From Candidatus Micrarchaeota archaeon (lineage in GTDB: Archaea > Micrarchaeota > Micrarchaeia > Anstonellales > Anstonellaceae): 24,554 nucleotides of DNA. The notes beneath the pieces were generated by a model that worked only from the letters and a program-made list of their open reading frames with translations, was not told the DNA's origin and did no database searches. The stretch spans positions 1 through 24,554 of the forward strand of contig JBDRNY010000058.1 in assembly GCA_043810635.1 (NCBI GenBank), read 5' to 3'. Positions 1 through 9,080 of this stretch are shown here, piece by piece (position 1 is the first letter of the stretch; each line of letters begins with the position of its first letter). Position numbers and translations under genes: made by a program.

Positions 1-2860
1 GGTAAAGGCAGCCGGTGTTGCATTCTTCAATGCCGTCATTATATCTTGTTATTATATGGGTGCCATAATTTGGCGAGGGGAAGGCGCCATCCTTTCCGTT
101 GTCATGCTGCTCTTGGTAATAGTTTCTGACAAATATTACAAAATTGTCCCCGTCTGTTTGCGGGTCATAGCTTTCCATTTCTGAAATTGGCATTTTCATT
201 CCAAGATAAGACCTGTCAAGAGCAAGCCAGGCAGCAAACCATTCTATTTCATCTTCTTGTATTTGCTCTGAAATATATGAATTTGAAGAGCGCAGGTTGC
301 GGATTATTGGAAGGGCGCTGTTATATGCAGAATTAAATGCATGTGAGCCGCAGCATGCAGAATGATATGGGTCGAATGGGTTGTAGGCAGCGCCTCCGCA
401 ATCGCGTGTAAATGCAGAAACATGGCCGGGAGCATCAAGGCATTGCATAACTCCAAGCCCGCATGCAAATACAGAAGTGCCGTCAATTCCCCTGTCTGCA
501 AGCACTTCAGTAATATCATCAAAAGTGCAGTAGGAAGAGGGGGAAGCGGTCAGCACATTGTTTGGCTTGTCTCCCCGGTCCCAGCAAGTGCCGACCGGAG
601 AGAGGGGAGCAATTTTGCATGCAGGCGCGTCAGGGCCAGATGCTTCAATATCGCCTGGTGTGCCAAGTGTGCTTTCACTCTGTGCAAGGGAGCGCATAAA
701 TATCGGGTCAAGCTCTTCTTGCAAAAATGCATCATCCATTTGCGGGTATTGATAGCATGCATCTCCATCAAATGAAGCTTGGGTTGCTTCGCAAAATTCT
801 ATTGGCATGGGAGTGTCAAACATGCATGCCCCGCATTGCAATTTTGCTATTTCTTCTAATACATCTTCATCTTTTGGAGGGGAGAGGCCGTATTGCGCGA
901 CTGTGGGGGAGTTGGAATAAGAGGAGCGGGTGCGCATTTTTATGGCAGGGAAAAGGGGGCAGGTTATTCCCCTGCCATTGGATGAAAATATTAGAGGCTG
1001 TTGGGTGTCGTCAATTAAAGGCATGTCATAAATATCCACTTCATCATCATCCTGAATTGCACAAAAGCGCTTATAGCCCGGGCCGTTGGGGGAAAGAAAT
1101 TGCTTTTCTTCTTCATCATCATCAACTATTATAGATACATTTATGTAAATATTGTCAGGGTCGTCGCGGGAGTCAATTATATCCCGTTCGGAAATGGAAT
1201 CTAATGAAGGGGTGTCAGAAGAGGCTGTGAAAAGCGGGCCGCGGTTGGTATAATAAAATTGGGTGTTGGAAAACCAGTAGAAAGTGGAGGAATTTTTTAA
1301 TTGCCCGTCAGCTTTTCTAAAGCCGAATTGGCAGCCTGTTTCATTTATTGTTACAAACCCTTCATCCAAATAAGCGAGGTAGGTGTGGTTGGAAGTTTCA
1401 AAATATTTTTGATTTTCTGAAGAGTAAAGAAGTTTTTTTATGTGAAGGGAAATGTCCGGAGGGTTGGAAGAGGAAATTGTTTGGTCGTTTTTTATAATAT
1501 CAAGGGAGGAGGAGGAAGTTATAAATAAAGTTTTTTGGCTGGTGCATGGAAGCGGGAGGGAAGAAAAGGAATCTAAGAATTTGTATGGGGCATAGCCGAT
1601 TACCCCTGAAGCAACAAAGCCGTCTATGTGGCGCATCAAATAATTGTTTGCATCTGAAACATCATTTTCTGTGAAAGAGCAGCCGTTAGTAAGGGTGGGG
1701 CCGGCTGACATTCCAATAGCATACCATACTGAAGGGGTGCGATAGCTTTTCAATATTTGGCGGGAATAAGCGAGATGGCGCGTAATATCTGTCATTGGAT
1801 TGCAGGATTTCATTTCATTGTTATTGTTTGCAATAAATCCTATTCCGATTAAATCTATTTTATCACCATAAGAAGTGAAAGCGCTTGCACTAGGGCGGGA
1901 ATTGTAGTCTGAGGAGGAGGGGTAGAGGGGTTTGCAATCAAATGGGTCTTCTGGAGGAGGGTCAATAAGGGTTTTGTAAGAGAGGAAATAATCTATTGGA
2001 CACATATCAGGCAAGCCTGAAGAGTTGAATGTTGGCTTAAATGCTAATACAACCAAGCATTTCGGGCATTGGGTTTTTATTGTATTTATTTGAGATTCTA
2101 TTTTTTGCATTAGTTGCATATTAAATGTGGGGTTGCCTTTGTCATCATAATTATATGGGTCGATTAGTGCTTCTGTTGTTACCATTATAGGGCCGTCTAT
2201 ATCATCATTTGGCTTGTTGAATGAAGAAAGCATATTAGAATAAGAGGGGTGGTTGATTTTTTTTCCATTAGAATACCATACAACTATCGGCATCTGGTTT
2301 TTGGCAAGGTGGCACATTAAAGTTTTTGGCTTTGGGAAGGTGGGAGCTTCTCCTTCTTTTTTTGGATATGCCCATATTACAGGCATTGTCAATCTTCCCT
2401 GCGAATAGCGCTGTGCAAGGGAAAATTCTGCTGAAGAAGTGCCCTGGCCTATCATAAAAAAGCGGGGGGCGCAGGAATAATCTTCACCTTCTATTTTGCA
2501 ATCCCCCCATACTCCTTTTTTTTCATCAAAATACTTTATTGTATCTTCATATACTGTTTTGTTGCATGGAAGAAATGTGCATTCGGAGCCGACTAATGCG
2601 TTTTCTATTAATTTTGAATCAAATGGATTTAATTTAAATAATGCGCGCTCGGCTACTGATATGTCTTCCTGAGTGCAAACCATGCAACTGCAAGGGGTGT
2701 CGCCCGGCAAAGGGCCTTCTATTTTGTTTATGTATTCATCAACATTAAAATCAATTGTGGAATTTAATTTGTCTTCATCATCAATATTGGAAATACATCC
2801 TAAGGAGAATAGGAGGGAGAGGAGGATAAATGAAGAAGCGAGAATTGATGCTTGTTTCAT
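1..2860 (-). CDS. Secreted/lipid-anchored Cys-rich protein: GH-like TIM barrel plus C-terminal SLT (lysozyme-like lytic transglycosylase) domain; 3' end runs off the window (>=953 aa)
   Basis: Translated by hand: ATG at 2860 and no stop down to base 2, so it is absent from the ORF track. N-terminus MKQASILASSFILLSLLFSLGC is a signal peptide with lipobox-like Cys22. TIM-barrel-like motifs: GPIMVTTEA, IKTQCPKCLVVLA, DKIDLIGIG, RTPSVWYAIG, GVIGYAPY, QFGFRKADGQLK. SLT motifs in the correct order: LDPIFMRSLAQSES (Glu codon 676-674), ACGLGVMQ (GVMQ 454-443), NPFDPYHS, ALDRSYLG, NYGTHIITRY. Confidence 0.85.
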   Translation of the reverse strand, partial: MKQASILASSFILLSLLFSLGCISNIDDEDKLNSTIDFNVDEYINKIEGPLPGDTPCSCMVCTQEDISVAERALFKLNPFDSKLIENALVGSECTFLPCNKTVYEDTIKYFDEKKGVWGDCKIEGEDYSCAPRFFMIGQGTSSAEFSLAQRYSQGRLTMPVIWAYPKKEGEAPTFPKPKTLMCHLAKNQMPIVVWYSNGKKINHPSYSNMLSSFNKPNDDIDGPIMVTTEALIDPYNYDDKGNPTFNMQLMQKIESQINTIKTQCPKCLVVLAFKPTFNSSGLPDMCPIDYFLSYKTLIDPPPEDPFDCKPLYPSSSDYNSRPSASAFTSYGDKIDLIGIGFIANNNNEMKSCNPMTDITRHLAYSRQILKSYRTPSVWYAIGMSAGPTLTNGCSFTENDVSDANNYLMRHIDGFVASGVIGYAPYKFLDSFSSLPLPCTSQKTLFITSSSSLDIIKNDQTISSSNPPDISLHIKKLLYSSENQKYFETSNHTYLAYLDEGFVTINETGCQFGFRKADGQLKNSSTFYWFSNTQFYYTNRGPLFTASSDTPSLDSISERDIIDSRDDPDNIYINVSIIVDDDEEEKQFLSPNGPGYKRFCAIQDDDEVDIYDMPLIDDTQQPLIFSSNGRGITCPLFPAIKMRTRSSYSNSPTVAQYGLSPPKDEDVLEEIAKLQCGACMFDTPMPIEFCEATQASFDGDACYQYPQMDDAFLQEELDPIFMRSLAQSESTLGTPGDIEASGPDAPACKIAPLSPVGTCWDRGDKPNNVLTASPSSYCTFDDITEVLADRGIDGTSVFACGLGVMQCLDAPGHVSAFTRDCGGAAYNPFDPYHSACCGSHAFNSAYNSALPIIRNLRSSNSYISEQIQEDEIEWFAAWLALDRSYLGMKMPISEMESYDPQTDGDNFVIFVRNYYQEQHDNGKDGAFPSPNYGTHIITRYNDGIEECNTGCLY

Positions 2861-2957
2861 AAATCGGATTTTGGTGCGGGAATTTATTAATATATAGTGG
2901 GGATGGGGATGGAGTAGGCGGGTTTTGGTATTGGAAATTATGGGTATGGGGGAGGAA

Positions 2958-5900
2958 TTAGTAATATTTTATTGAATAGCCCTGCTCTGCATTTCTTTTT
3001 CCCATTTTTGCTGTCCAGTGTTTGACAAGGTGCTTGGAAGCATTGTATAATTGCTCGTGCCCGGGATGGATGGGGTAGTTGCGCGAAATTCTTTCTTTTT
3101 CTTTAACAAGCGAATTTATTTGCTGGCCTAATTTTTCATCTGCAATAAATTTGAATGAAAGGGATTTGATTTGCTTATTAATGTCTTTTATTTGCTTGTC
3201 ATATTCACCCATCTGCTCTATTGTATATTGCCCGCTTTTTGTACTGTCGCGCAAGCAGAAGGGGCATAATGTGCCTCTTTCGTGCTGTATTCCGTGGTTG
3301 GGGCACATTACACTGTTGTAAAATTGGTTGTAATTTCCTATCGGAACCGTGCCTCCGAATGATGCGGCAGCCATTGCCCAATTTTTGGCATTTTGCAATG
3401 CCTGCTTTGGCTTTCGTTTAAGGAAGGATGATGCTTTTTCACTGTCAATCATTTGCTGGGTGCGGCAGAATGGGCAGGCACCGCCAACCGGGAGGATTAG
3501 GCTGTGGGTGGGGCAGGTGTAAGTGTTTTGCTTTGCCATTCCTGCACCGCTTCTTGCCTGCTGCATTTGCATTTCCTGCGCTCTTTCTGCATCTGTAATC
3601 GGGCCGATATCTTTTTGTTTTGGAAATTCTGCAGTCCAGGTTTGCTTTCTTCCCCAGCTGGATTTTTTCAATATTTGGTAAGCGGTAACATAGAGGGGGG
3701 CGAGAGGGAAAATATAAGGGGAGTTGGCATACTGGTACATGTGCCTCTCCATTTCAACATTTGCAAATTGCAAAAGAAGGGGCATTTCCCTTCTATAAAC
3801 ATCACGCAATGCTTCTGAAGCAAGGTGCCTTCCCCCGCCTGTTTTGCTTAAATAAAGGTCGATTACATCTCTTTTTCCTTCAGCTTTTGCATCAAGCAAT
3901 ACATCAGGGCGCTCGGGGCGGAGGCGGGCATTTAAATCATGGATAGCACTGCGCTGCTGCACATCACTTTCTTGGAGCGGGCGGTCAAGTATTGAAGACA
4001 TGAAGGGGTAGAGCTGCCACTTGCCTTCATGGCCTGGTTCTGAAAATATTATGCCGGGGTAAACTGCCTTGCTGATGTTTTTGTGCCACGGAGTTGCCAT
4101 TTCCTGCTGCCTGTGCGCGCCGCCGATTGTATTTATGTCATAGCCAGAGCGGTTTTCTACAGCATAATATCCTTGCCTAAAGAAATCCCGCACAATCGGT
4201 ATTTTCCATGCTTTTCTTGTGGCATTAAATACATCATCTATTTCTTTTATTTGGGATTTGAGCATGCTTATTTCAGCAGCATCAGTGGAAGTTGAAATAT
4301 AGGAAGAGAGCTGGGATTTTATTGCATTTGCCTCCAATTTTGCATATGATTCATATCTTTTTGTCCATAACTGGAATTCTTCGCGGAAACTAAGGCCTAT
4401 TTTTCTTCTTCTTATTTCGGCAGAGGCGGGCTGGCCTGCACCAAATCCGCGGAGTTGGTATTTCCAATTGTCAACAGAATATGACTCGCCTGATTCCGGG
4501 GGTTTTAGGCTGAGGGGGTAAATTCCGCGCGAGCCGACCATGCTGTGCTCTTCTTTAAATGACCAGCCAAATTCGTCTTTATATTTTGTGCGCACAAGCG
4601 GGCGTGTAAAAATTCTGGTAAGCCAGTCAAATCCCTGCGTTGGCTTAAATATGCTTTGCACTGCTTCTGCAATAGATTGTTCGTGGTGGGAGTGGGCAAG
4701 GGGGGAGCGGTGGCCGTATTCAGGGTCTATGTGATATACTGAAGAATAGCCCACCATTCTTGTAAAAAAGGGGCGGAGGTGCTGTGCATATGCTGCAGCA
4801 TACCAATAAGAGGGGCGGGCGAGGTAATTGAGAAGGCGGTGGCCGGGGAGGAGATGGAAGCCTGCCCACATTTGCGGATGTTCCCCTACAAACTGACCGG
4901 TTTGATAGCCGGACATTATGGCAGGGTCGAGCCCGTATGCTGAACCATAGGTAATTCTCGGGTCTCTCATTGAAGTATTCTCGGCAACATAGAAAAACGG
5001 AATATACATATTGCCCATTTTTTTCATATCCCTGTCAGTCTTGCCATATAATTTTTGGGTGCGGATGGCATCTGCTTCCAATCTTTTTATTTCCGCTTGT
5101 TGGTGGGGAATTTCCATATTTCTTAATTCCTGGATGCGGGTTTTTTGTTCTGTGGAGAGGGAGGTGTTTTGCATAAGGGAAAGAAGGTCTGAGCGGAGGG
5201 AGCCGAGCTGTTTTTTTGCATCGCGCGAAGCTTTTACTTCATCTTGCCAAAAATGCCCAGCCTCCCAATCTCTGTGAAATGTTTCAAGCACAATTCTTGC
5301 ATAAGTTTGGGTTGCATGCCATTCCCTCATTCTCCAGCTGGTTTCCTGGATGCCTCCAAACACTGCGCGCTCCAGAAATTCTGTTGTTTTTCTTAACATG
5401 CGCGCAGGGAGGGGGCGGGAAGGGTCGTCTGCAAGCGTGGAGCGGGGCACCAGCTTCATGCGCTCGCCAAGTGTTTTTTCAAGGGTGGAAATGTTTTCAA
5501 AAATTTGCTTGCGAGTGAGCGGGGATTCTTTGCCTAATTTTGCAGAGGCCAAATCATCATAATAGCTTTTCATCTGGTTCATCATGTTGTGGGTTTTGCT
5601 GTCTCCGGGAAGGCCCGCCCCCCAGGTGCCGTCAGCTTTTTTGAACATAAATGAAGCGTTGATAAATCTTTCTGCATAATCCGAGCCTGTGAAATGCACA
5701 ACAGAATAATCATAAGCAAGGCGGCCGTCAACAGGGCTTTGCCTAAGCTTTGCGCCAATAACATTTCCATGAATATCAAATTCAAATCCGGAAGGCAGGG
5801 GGGTTATTACATGGTTGGCATCAATGCTCCATACCCCTTTTTTCACATCCCCGTAAGTAACCCCTCTCTTTTTCCATGCTTCATAGCCTTCTGCATCCCA

Positions 5901-8450
5901 TTTGTGATTGTCGCCCATATAATAGGGAAGAAGGGCTTTCAGGGAGTGGTACATCATCTGGTTTCTTTTTATCATTATGTCGTAGTTTCGGAAGAGGTTT
6001 TCATATCCCCTGTCAAATTCATATGAAAAGAGGAGGCGGAGCATGATAATTTTGTTTTTTTCTGTTTCTGTTGTAAATTCGCTTTGCACAGGGTAGAAAG
6101 AAGTGAGGAAATTTCTGGCTGCCCATTCCCCTCTCTTGTAATATTCCAAATCTCCGCGTATTTTTGAAATGTCAATTGATTTCATAAGCTGTTCAAGCCA
6201 ATCTTTGCTTAATCTTCCTTTTTCAAGGGGAGGAATAGCTGTATCGAGCTTTTCTTCAAGAATTTTTCTGCCCATCAAATAGTCGAAGAGGCGCTTTTTC
6301 ATAATTTCCGCTTCCATGTAATGGGTGATGCTTTGCAAGCGTTCGGCATCTGTCGGGGCAAAAATAATTCCGTCTTTTATTTTTTTGTTAACAACCCTGC
6401 CGAATATTTCAGCCAAATCATGGCCAAGCATGACAAGCGGAAGCTTCCCTGTCTTCTCCATTTGGTTTTTTGCATTGTTAATGTCAAGCATTTTTACAAG
6501 CTCGTTGTAGCGCTTGTAAACATCTTCAGGGTGGATGCGCTTTGCCGCTTCTGCAGTAAGGTCTGGGTAGCGGCCGTCCGAAGTGCTTACTCCGTCTGCG
6601 AGTATCAATTCATGCACTTTTCGCACATAAGCAACCGCATTATCAAGCAATTTTTCCATTTCTGCTTTGCTAAGCTTTTCCCCGTAATGGTCATAAATTT
6701 CCAGATTGTTTTGGCGTATGTAATTTGCAATTGCTTTTGCAAATTCCTCGTTTATGAAATAATGCTTGTATTCTTTGTCCAATTTTCCGGATTTAATTTG
6801 ATCTTCTGCCTCTCTTTTTATTTTTTCAAGCAAAGAAAGCACTTTTTGCATGTGCTTGCTGTCTATATCAAAATTAAGCTTGCCGTCTTTTGCTTCTTTT
6901 CTTTTCAATACAGCCGCAAGCACCAATTTTCGCAAATATTCGTCGGCAACTGCCCTCCCGAGTATGTAGGTTTCCTGGCGCATTCTTTCCACAATATGGG
7001 GCAAATCCCCCAATTTTTTGTTGTCAAGAATATGCCTCCTGACAAAAGGATGGTCTTTTCTTAAAATTCCGAGTGAGCGTGCGGTTTCGGCTGCCGCTGT
7101 TTTGTAAAGCGAGCGGCGCACTGAAAGATGGGAAAGCCTGCTGCCAAGCCAGTTTTGGACTACTAATGAAACCTGCTCAACATAAGGAAGGCCCGGCAAA
7201 GCGTCTGCCCATTCTTTTTTTGCAATTCCGGGTATGAATTTCCATGGCTTTGCAATGCGGGTGCCGAGGTATTCCAGCCAGGGAGTTATTTTTGGAGTGA
7301 GCATTTTTTTGGCAAATGTGCCTTTTTGCACGCCCCCCCTTGCCCGCCTGTATGTTTCCACATCTGTGAGCACTGCCTCCCTTATTTCCAACTGCCTTCT
7401 TGCAACAGCTTGTGCCCTGTCCCGCAAATGCTTGTTTGCGCCGGAAGCGTCAATAAGCGCATTAAGCTTTCCAGCTATTTTTTCATAATCTTTGTCTGAT
7501 GCAAAGCGGGAGGGAGTGAGGTGCACTTTTCCTCTCGGAAAAAGGCTGCTTATTTCTTTTCTCAAGCCTGCATAGCTTCTTCCTGTGCGCCTGTAAAGCG
7601 AAAGAATTTGGGATATAATTATTTTTTCATTTCTTCCGACTATTCTGTTTGCCATTCTTCCTTTTAATTGCAAATGGAGGGGGATTGTTGCGGGCTTCAT
7701 TCTTACTTTTTTTACATTGGGCATGCGCGGCACGGTTATGTCAAATAATGAGAGCGGATTTTTGCCTGCATATTGCATTGATGCAACAAGCAATCCCAAT
7801 GCGATGAATAAATAGAGGCATATTGGCATATTTTTTGGATTTTGGGCGGCATGGAGAAATGCTGTAAATAATAATTGTGAGGGGCTGTTTCCTGTTGCAA
7901 TTATTGCGGAAGGGGAAGTGGAAGGCTTGATGTCGGGTATTTCATCTGAAGAAATGAGCCTGGCTGTAAGCATTGCATTTTGGGGCCAGTCAGTAATTTT
8001 TATTGCAATAGGGTTTTTTGTTGGATTTGAAGAGTCGTAATAGGGATTTTTTACATATTCAATAACACAGTCGCCATCTATGCCGGTTACGCCTTTTTCA
8101 TCTGCAAGAGTATTTGTGCATCCTTTTACTTCTTTTCCAAATTCATCTGTAATCGGCAAGCCGTCAACATAAAAGCTTATTCTTGCACCGGATGCGGGGC
8201 GGGCTGTTAATTTTATCTGCTCGTTTTCAATTTCATCAATTGTGTAAAATTCGGGCTCGAGGTAGGTTGCATGAGCTTTTACTGTGAGGGGAGAGTGGAA
8301 AATTATTTCAAGGCGCACAGTGCTTTGATAGCATTGGGGGCAGGATTTTTTTGCATTTTCATTTTGCTCTTCCAATTGCTGGGAGAAGGAGAGGGATAGA
8401 AGTAGGAGAAATGCAAGCATTACTATTGCTGGCTTGTTTATTTTTTTCAT
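2958..8450 (-). CDS. Giant single-pass membrane protein (~1830 aa): signal peptide, ~190-aa extracellular beta-rich domain, TM helix, ~1600-aa basic helical cytoplasmic region, two C-terminal zinc ribbons
   Basis: Long ORF (track 2958..8477). Start moved to ATG 8450 (MKKINKPAIVMLAFLLLLSLSFSQ, a classic signal peptide), 1 nt after the relE stop. TM segment ICLYLFIALGLLVASMQYAG. CPTH-x9-CPFC at 3515-3465 and CPNH-x9-CPFC at 3305-3255. No Walker A motif found. Confidence 0.85.
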   Translation of the reverse strand: MKKINKPAIVMLAFLLLLSLSFSQQLEEQNENAKKSCPQCYQSTVRLEIIFHSPLTVKAHATYLEPEFYTIDEIENEQIKLTARPASGARISFYVDGLPITDEFGKEVKGCTNTLADEKGVTGIDGDCVIEYVKNPYYDSSNPTKNPIAIKITDWPQNAMLTARLISSDEIPDIKPSTSPSAIIATGNSPSQLLFTAFLHAAQNPKNMPICLYLFIALGLLVASMQYAGKNPLSLFDITVPRMPNVKKVRMKPATIPLHLQLKGRMANRIVGRNEKIIISQILSLYRRTGRSYAGLRKEISSLFPRGKVHLTPSRFASDKDYEKIAGKLNALIDASGANKHLRDRAQAVARRQLEIREAVLTDVETYRRARGGVQKGTFAKKMLTPKITPWLEYLGTRIAKPWKFIPGIAKKEWADALPGLPYVEQVSLVVQNWLGSRLSHLSVRRSLYKTAAAETARSLGILRKDHPFVRRHILDNKKLGDLPHIVERMRQETYILGRAVADEYLRKLVLAAVLKRKEAKDGKLNFDIDSKHMQKVLSLLEKIKREAEDQIKSGKLDKEYKHYFINEEFAKAIANYIRQNNLEIYDHYGEKLSKAEMEKLLDNAVAYVRKVHELILADGVSTSDGRYPDLTAEAAKRIHPEDVYKRYNELVKMLDINNAKNQMEKTGKLPLVMLGHDLAEIFGRVVNKKIKDGIIFAPTDAERLQSITHYMEAEIMKKRLFDYLMGRKILEEKLDTAIPPLEKGRLSKDWLEQLMKSIDISKIRGDLEYYKRGEWAARNFLTSFYPVQSEFTTETEKNKIIMLRLLFSYEFDRGYENLFRNYDIMIKRNQMMYHSLKALLPYYMGDNHKWDAEGYEAWKKRGVTYGDVKKGVWSIDANHVITPLPSGFEFDIHGNVIGAKLRQSPVDGRLAYDYSVVHFTGSDYAERFINASFMFKKADGTWGAGLPGDSKTHNMMNQMKSYYDDLASAKLGKESPLTRKQIFENISTLEKTLGERMKLVPRSTLADDPSRPLPARMLRKTTEFLERAVFGGIQETSWRMREWHATQTYARIVLETFHRDWEAGHFWQDEVKASRDAKKQLGSLRSDLLSLMQNTSLSTEQKTRIQELRNMEIPHQQAEIKRLEADAIRTQKLYGKTDRDMKKMGNMYIPFFYVAENTSMRDPRITYGSAYGLDPAIMSGYQTGQFVGEHPQMWAGFHLLPGHRLLNYLARPSYWYAAAYAQHLRPFFTRMVGYSSVYHIDPEYGHRSPLAHSHHEQSIAEAVQSIFKPTQGFDWLTRIFTRPLVRTKYKDEFGWSFKEEHSMVGSRGIYPLSLKPPESGESYSVDNWKYQLRGFGAGQPASAEIRRRKIGLSFREEFQLWTKRYESYAKLEANAIKSQLSSYISTSTDAAEISMLKSQIKEIDDVFNATRKAWKIPIVRDFFRQGYYAVENRSGYDINTIGGAHRQQEMATPWHKNISKAVYPGIIFSEPGHEGKWQLYPFMSSILDRPLQESDVQQRSAIHDLNARLRPERPDVLLDAKAEGKRDVIDLYLSKTGGGRHLASEALRDVYRREMPLLLQFANVEMERHMYQYANSPYIFPLAPLYVTAYQILKKSSWGRKQTWTAEFPKQKDIGPITDAERAQEMQMQQARSGAGMAKQNTYTCPTHSLILPVGGACPFCRTQQMIDSEKASSFLKRKPKQALQNAKNWAMAAASFGGTVPIGNYNQFYNSVMCPNHGIQHERGTLCPFCLRDSTKSGQYTIEQMGEYDKQIKDINKQIKSLSFKFIADEKLGQQINSLVKEKERISRNYPIHPGHEQLYNASKHLVKHWTAKMGKRNAEQGYSIKYY

Positions 8451-8451
8451 T

Positions 8452-8736
8452 TTAAGCATCCAGCCATTTGTACCCATGGCTTCTGTGAATTATTGATGTT
8501 ATTTTTACTTCTTTTTTATCTATTAAATATATAATTCTATAATCCCCAACGCGGAGGCGGTAAAATGCCGGGTTGAAGGAGCCGGCTAATTTTTTTATAT
8601 CAGCTCCGCTTCTTTTCTGGAATGGGTTTTTTGAAAGAAATTTGAATGCTTTTTTCATTCTTTTTTGCATGGAATCCTCTAATTCATAGAATGCGCGGCG
8701 GGCGGACTCGGAAAGAAGGGTGTTCCAGTGTTTCAT
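8452..8736 (-). CDS. relE: RelE/ParE-family type II toxin (mRNA interferase)
   Basis: 94 aa, basic, with the family signature DIKKLAG...YRLRVGDYRIIY...ITSIIHR. Start overlaps the antitoxin stop (ATGA). Confidence 0.92.
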   Translation of the reverse strand: MKHWNTLLSESARRAFYELEDSMQKRMKKAFKFLSKNPFQKRSGADIKKLAGSFNPAFYRLRVGDYRIIYLIDKKEVKITSIIHRSHGYKWLDA

Positions 8737-8915
8737 AGGTCATCAGTGCTGAAAAATTGCTCATTTTCCAGAATATATTTCTGCTTTTGCAAAAATCCGT
8801 GCATTTTTGCAATTTCCATCAATTTTTGGAGCACCTCATCATAAGTTTCCCCCTTGCTTCCGTAAAGCTTGAGGGAATCTTTTGTTTTTGAGTTAATTGC
8901 TATTGTAGTTTGCAT
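8733..8915 (-). CDS. Archaeal ribbon-helix-helix antitoxin
   Basis: 60 aa with MQTTIAINSKTKDSLKLYGSKGETYDEVLQKLM, the typical archaeal 'TTIxI...L..K.ETYD.VI..L' RHH pattern, and an acidic end (STDDL). Lies directly upstream of and overlaps relE. Confidence 0.85.
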   Translation of the reverse strand: MQTTIAINSKTKDSLKLYGSKGETYDEVLQKLMEIAKMHGFLQKQKYILENEQFFSTDDL

Positions 8916-8960
8916 ATAATCACATATAATGGTTATATTTGGCTATATTTAAAGGTTTTG
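8913..8960 (-). promoter_or_regulatory. TA operon promoter (TATA TTTAAATA, 8953-8946) overlapped by a probable antitoxin operator
   Basis: The minus strand reads CAAAACC-TTTAAATA 31-38 nt upstream of ATG 8915. Palindrome ATATAA-TGG-TTATAT at 8924-8938 lies within 10-bp-spaced repeats CATATAAT x2 and GG(T/C)TATATTT x2. Confidence 0.6.
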
Positions 8961-9053
8961 GAGGGAAGAAAACTAATGGTGGTGGAGTTAATGCTGTACA
9001 CTAATTGGATATATGCGGGGCAAAAAAACCAGAATTTGCAGACAGCAAATGCC

Positions 9054-9061
9054 TTTAAAAA
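9054..9061 (+). promoter_or_regulatory. Probable TATA box of the six-paralog operon
   Basis: TTTAAAAA 20-27 nt upstream of ATG 9081, a spacing consistent with a leaderless or short-leader archaeal transcript. Confidence 0.45.
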
Positions 9062-9080
9062 CAGAGGATAAATAAGAGGT

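Noticed and set aside
304..1134. Short ORFs in the track (304..522, 362..775, 550..771, 558..752, 727..1134)
   Set aside because: All overlap the long minus-strand lipoprotein/SLT frame (2860 to <1), which has coherent domain motifs; they are shadow ORFs.
6321..7064. 247-aa plus-strand ORF and other antisense ORFs inside the giant gene
   Set aside because: Phe-rich antisense translations of a Lys/Glu-rich gene, with no motifs or initiation signals.
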